Source: an uncultured Eubacteriales bacterium
GTDB lineage: Bacteria > Bacillota > Sulfobacillia > Fermentithermobacillales > Fermentithermobacillaceae
Reading direction: 5' to 3'
Length of the DNA: 62,079 nt
NCBI GenBank assembly: GCA_964646385.1
Contig: CAZYEC010000004.1
Coordinates: forward strand, 7,056-69,134
Positions 59,439 through 62,079 of this stretch are shown here, piece by piece. A program made the position numbers and the translations under genes. Below the pieces are notes generated by a model. The model was not told where the DNA came from, searched no databases, and was given only the letters and a program-made list of their open reading frames with translations. The first letter of the stretch is position 1; each line of letters starts with the position of its first letter.

Positions 59439-61955
59439 GTGTACAAAAGAATCCTTGCTGTTGCTCTAGCGATGGCAATGATACTTGGGCTGGCGAGCGT
59501 TGCGTTGGCCGCATCTCCGTTTCCCGACACTGTCGGGCACAAAGATGAGGGAACAATCGCATTGCTCAAGGCTCTTGACCTTGTCAAAGGCGACGATCTG
59601 GGCTACTTCAACCCCGATGACACTATCACCAGGGCAGAGTTCTGCGCCATGATCGTGAGGGCGCTGGGGCTTGAGAAATCTGCCGGTTTCGCAGACTTCC
59701 CGACCCAGTTCCCCGATGTTGGCGCAAACCAGGCTTGGGCTTACGGATACATCAACGTTGCGGTAAGTCAGAAGATTATCGAAGGCTATCCCGATGGAAC
59801 CTTCAAGCCTTCTGATCCCGTCAGCCAGGGTGAAGCTCTTACCATGGTGATGAGGGCCCTCGGCTACCGGAACTCCCTCCCCGGCCCCTGGCCGTTGAAC
59901 TACATCATGGAAGGCGCCAGACAGGGCGTAGATTTGGTTGAAGCCGGATTTGCTGCCTCCACGTCTGCTGCCAGGGCGTTTGTTGCCCACATGATCGGCA
60001 ATCTGTTAGGGAAGAGTTTTGTTGTTGAAAACAAAGACAACCCAGGGCAATTCGATCCAGTGACACCGAGCCCCGGACCATTTAGTGAGGTAAAGCTTGG
60101 CGTGGTGCCAGGAGTTTCGGGTGTGGTGGCTTCAGTAAACACAACGACAAAAACGATCACGATAGACGAAGCTGAAAAAGACTATATTTCAGCTGTTGCT
60201 GTGTACGGCAAAGTTGACAAAGTGGCGGACCTCAAAGGTTACGCCGTTAAGACTTGGATAAACGGCAAAGACGAGATAGTATTCATTTCCACAACAGTTG
60301 CTGACTACGTTGTGGGTAAGGTTACTGCCGTGAACGTCTCTGACGGGACTCTTACTGTGGGTGGAGTAGTTTACACTGCTGCAGGCAAGGCGGATGGGGA
60401 TGGCCTTGATGCCACAAAGAACAGTGCCGAACTCACCGGCAGCCTGGCCAACAAACTGGTGGCTCTTAAGGACACCACGGCCAGCATCTGGCTAAACGCC
60501 GATGGTGAAGCCTACAAAATCGAGGCCCGTTTCCTTGAGCATACCGGGGAAGTTATAGCAAAGAAAATTACTTCCGTGGATGCTGACGGCGTCGTCTACA
60601 AACTGGTTTTCGCGGACAGCGCTACTGAGCACTCATTGGCCAAAGACGCCACAATCACCAAGAACAACGTGGCAGCCGTTTGGGCTGACCTGAAGACAGG
60701 CGACAATTGTTCCTTTACTCTCGAAAGCGGCAAAATTGTGTGGCTCGATGCCTGGAAGAACGTCGTCAAGGGCGTTAAGGTTACTGCCAAGCTTCGGTCA
60801 GGCACAACCTACCAAGTTACGGGATTGCTCGGCGATGAGACGGTTGTCTACACCTGCGACACCGTATCCGTCTACAACACTATCCAGGTTGGCAGCTATT
60901 ACGATTTCAGCCTCAATCGCGACGGAAAGGTCTACGACCTGCCAACAATGGAATCTTCCAAGATCGTCGGTACTATTGTGGGATCCAGCATAAGCGTGGA
61001 AGGTTCCCCGGCCGTGACTGTGTACAGAGTCGCACTGGCTGACGGCACTTCAGTTGCGGTACCGTTGGCTGATCTGGCTGATGGCGCTATCATTGAGGAC
61101 AGTCGCGGGCTTGATATGCCTGAGGTCAACGACAGAGCCCAGTTCTTCACGGACGTGTTTGCAGTTAAGCGGGGTATTTACCTCGAGAGAAATGCGGCTG
61201 GCGTAGTCACCCTGGCGAAGGTCTACTCGCCGGTATTGAAGGGCGTTGGTCAGTGGATTTCCAGCCAATTCAAGGTGAAACTCAGTGACTCTGATTACAC
61301 TGCGGCAATTTCTCTTGCAACAGGCGCTTCTGTCACTTTGAACGGCGTTACCACTACTCTGAAGGCTTTGGGTGAGGGCGAATACAATGTTACCCTTAGC
61401 TGGGATGTTGAGACCGGCAAGGCCGCTAAAGTCGCTGGTGTGGACTTCCTGCGGGAGGCCGCCAGCGCTGTTGCCGGTATTTCTTCCGATGCCGAAGGCA
61501 ACTACGTGTTCAACCTGGTAAATGACGACGAAGTCTCCGCGCCTGTAGGCACAATTGTCATCAGGGACGGGGAGAAGGCAGTTTTGTCAGACATCAAGCT
61601 CGGCGACAAGCTGCTCTACGATGCGGAAGACCCGGCCACTTACATTGAAGCGGCCATTGACGAGGATGCACCGAAACTCGACACTTACGTTGCTGAGTAC
61701 GATGGTGACCTTACGGTTACCTTGACCTTCAACGAAGAAGTACAACGGCCCACGGTCTGGATTGACGGCGTGAAATATACCAAGACCGTGGCCGGTGAGG
61801 TGCAGTACAGCACTTGCGACTCTATAGAATGGGTAATCACGGTCATTGGTGTCGACGATCCTGGGAACCATGTATCCTTGGCAGTTACAGCCAGTGACTA
61901 TGCAGGGAACGTGCTGAACGTGACGCCTGGAATGATTCCAGTGGCAGTACCCTGA
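59439..61955 (+). CDS. S-layer (SLH-domain) protein
   Basis: Signal peptide, SLH repeats (FPDTVGH, GYFNPDDTITRAEF, GYPDGTFKPSDPVSQGEA), beta-rich body, Ig-like C-terminus; GTG start after AAGGAGG. Confidence 0.92.
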   Translation: MYKRILAVALAMAMILGLASVALAASPFPDTVGHKDEGTIALLKALDLVKGDDLGYFNPDDTITRAEFCAMIVRALGLEKSAGFADFPTQFPDVGANQAWAYGYINVAVSQKIIEGYPDGTFKPSDPVSQGEALTMVMRALGYRNSLPGPWPLNYIMEGARQGVDLVEAGFAASTSAARAFVAHMIGNLLGKSFVVENKDNPGQFDPVTPSPGPFSEVKLGVVPGVSGVVASVNTTTKTITIDEAEKDYISAVAVYGKVDKVADLKGYAVKTWINGKDEIVFISTTVADYVVGKVTAVNVSDGTLTVGGVVYTAAGKADGDGLDATKNSAELTGSLANKLVALKDTTASIWLNADGEAYKIEARFLEHTGEVIAKKITSVDADGVVYKLVFADSATEHSLAKDATITKNNVAAVWADLKTGDNCSFTLESGKIVWLDAWKNVVKGVKVTAKLRSGTTYQVTGLLGDETVVYTCDTVSVYNTIQVGSYYDFSLNRDGKVYDLPTMESSKIVGTIVGSSISVEGSPAVTVYRVALADGTSVAVPLADLADGAIIEDSRGLDMPEVNDRAQFFTDVFAVKRGIYLERNAAGVVTLAKVYSPVLKGVGQWISSQFKVKLSDSDYTAAISLATGASVTLNGVTTTLKALGEGEYNVTLSWDVETGKAAKVAGVDFLREAASAVAGISSDAEGNYVFNLVNDDEVSAPVGTIVIRDGEKAVLSDIKLGDKLLYDAEDPATYIEAAIDEDAPKLDTYVAEYDGDLTVTLTFNEEVQRPTVWIDGVKYTKTVAGEVQYSTCDSIEWVITVIGVDDPGNHVSLAVTASDYAGNVLNVTPGMIPVAVP

Positions 61956-61977
61956 GTAAAAAGCAGTCTGTTTTACG

Positions 61978-62011
61978 GGGCGAGGGCGGAAAGCTCTCGC
62001 CCTTCTTTTTT
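61978..62011 (+). terminator. Intrinsic terminator of the S-layer gene
   Basis: GGGCGAGGGC-GGAAA-GCTCTCGCCC-TTCTTTTTT. Confidence 0.88.
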
Positions 62012-62079
62012 GCAGGCCCGAAGGCCGGTTCAGCGCAGAAAACACTTCGTCGCTTTCCCGGTTGAAAATATCTGTCATC

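Overview
Chromosomal origin region of a Bacillota bacterium (roughly 55% GC by eye), probably a spore-former since bofA, yaaL, yyaC and sigmaE-like promoters are present. The leftward arm (minus strand) runs dnaA-dnaN-recF-dciA-remB-gyrB-gyrA-archease-rtcB-mtnP-mtnA. A bipartite oriC flanks dnaA, with DnaA boxes plus DnaA-trios on the dnaN side. The rightward arm runs rpmH-rnpA-yidD-yidC-jag-mnmEG-rsmG-noc-like-parAB-parS-alr, M23/bactofilin, yyaC, a TPR/beta-propeller/CvpA block, rpsF-ssb-rpsR-yybS-rplI-lonC-dnaB, six tRNAs with tadA, SRP RNA, dnaX-ybaB-recR, sporulation and cell-wall genes, speE, argS, a broken vapBC, kamA, rpoE-pyrG, a frameshifted carboxyltransferase, phzF, pcp and an S-layer gene. 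No CRISPR array, rRNA or transposase was seen. The best candidate for an undescribed system is a Noc-like protein whose CTP-clamp motifs are all destroyed while its Noc-type DNA-recognition residues are kept. Alongside it is a recurrent 15-bp palindrome (TATTTCC-S-GGAAATW), which is the canonical 16-bp Noc binding site shortened by one central base. Product calls rest on recognised motifs and synteny; no database search was run.
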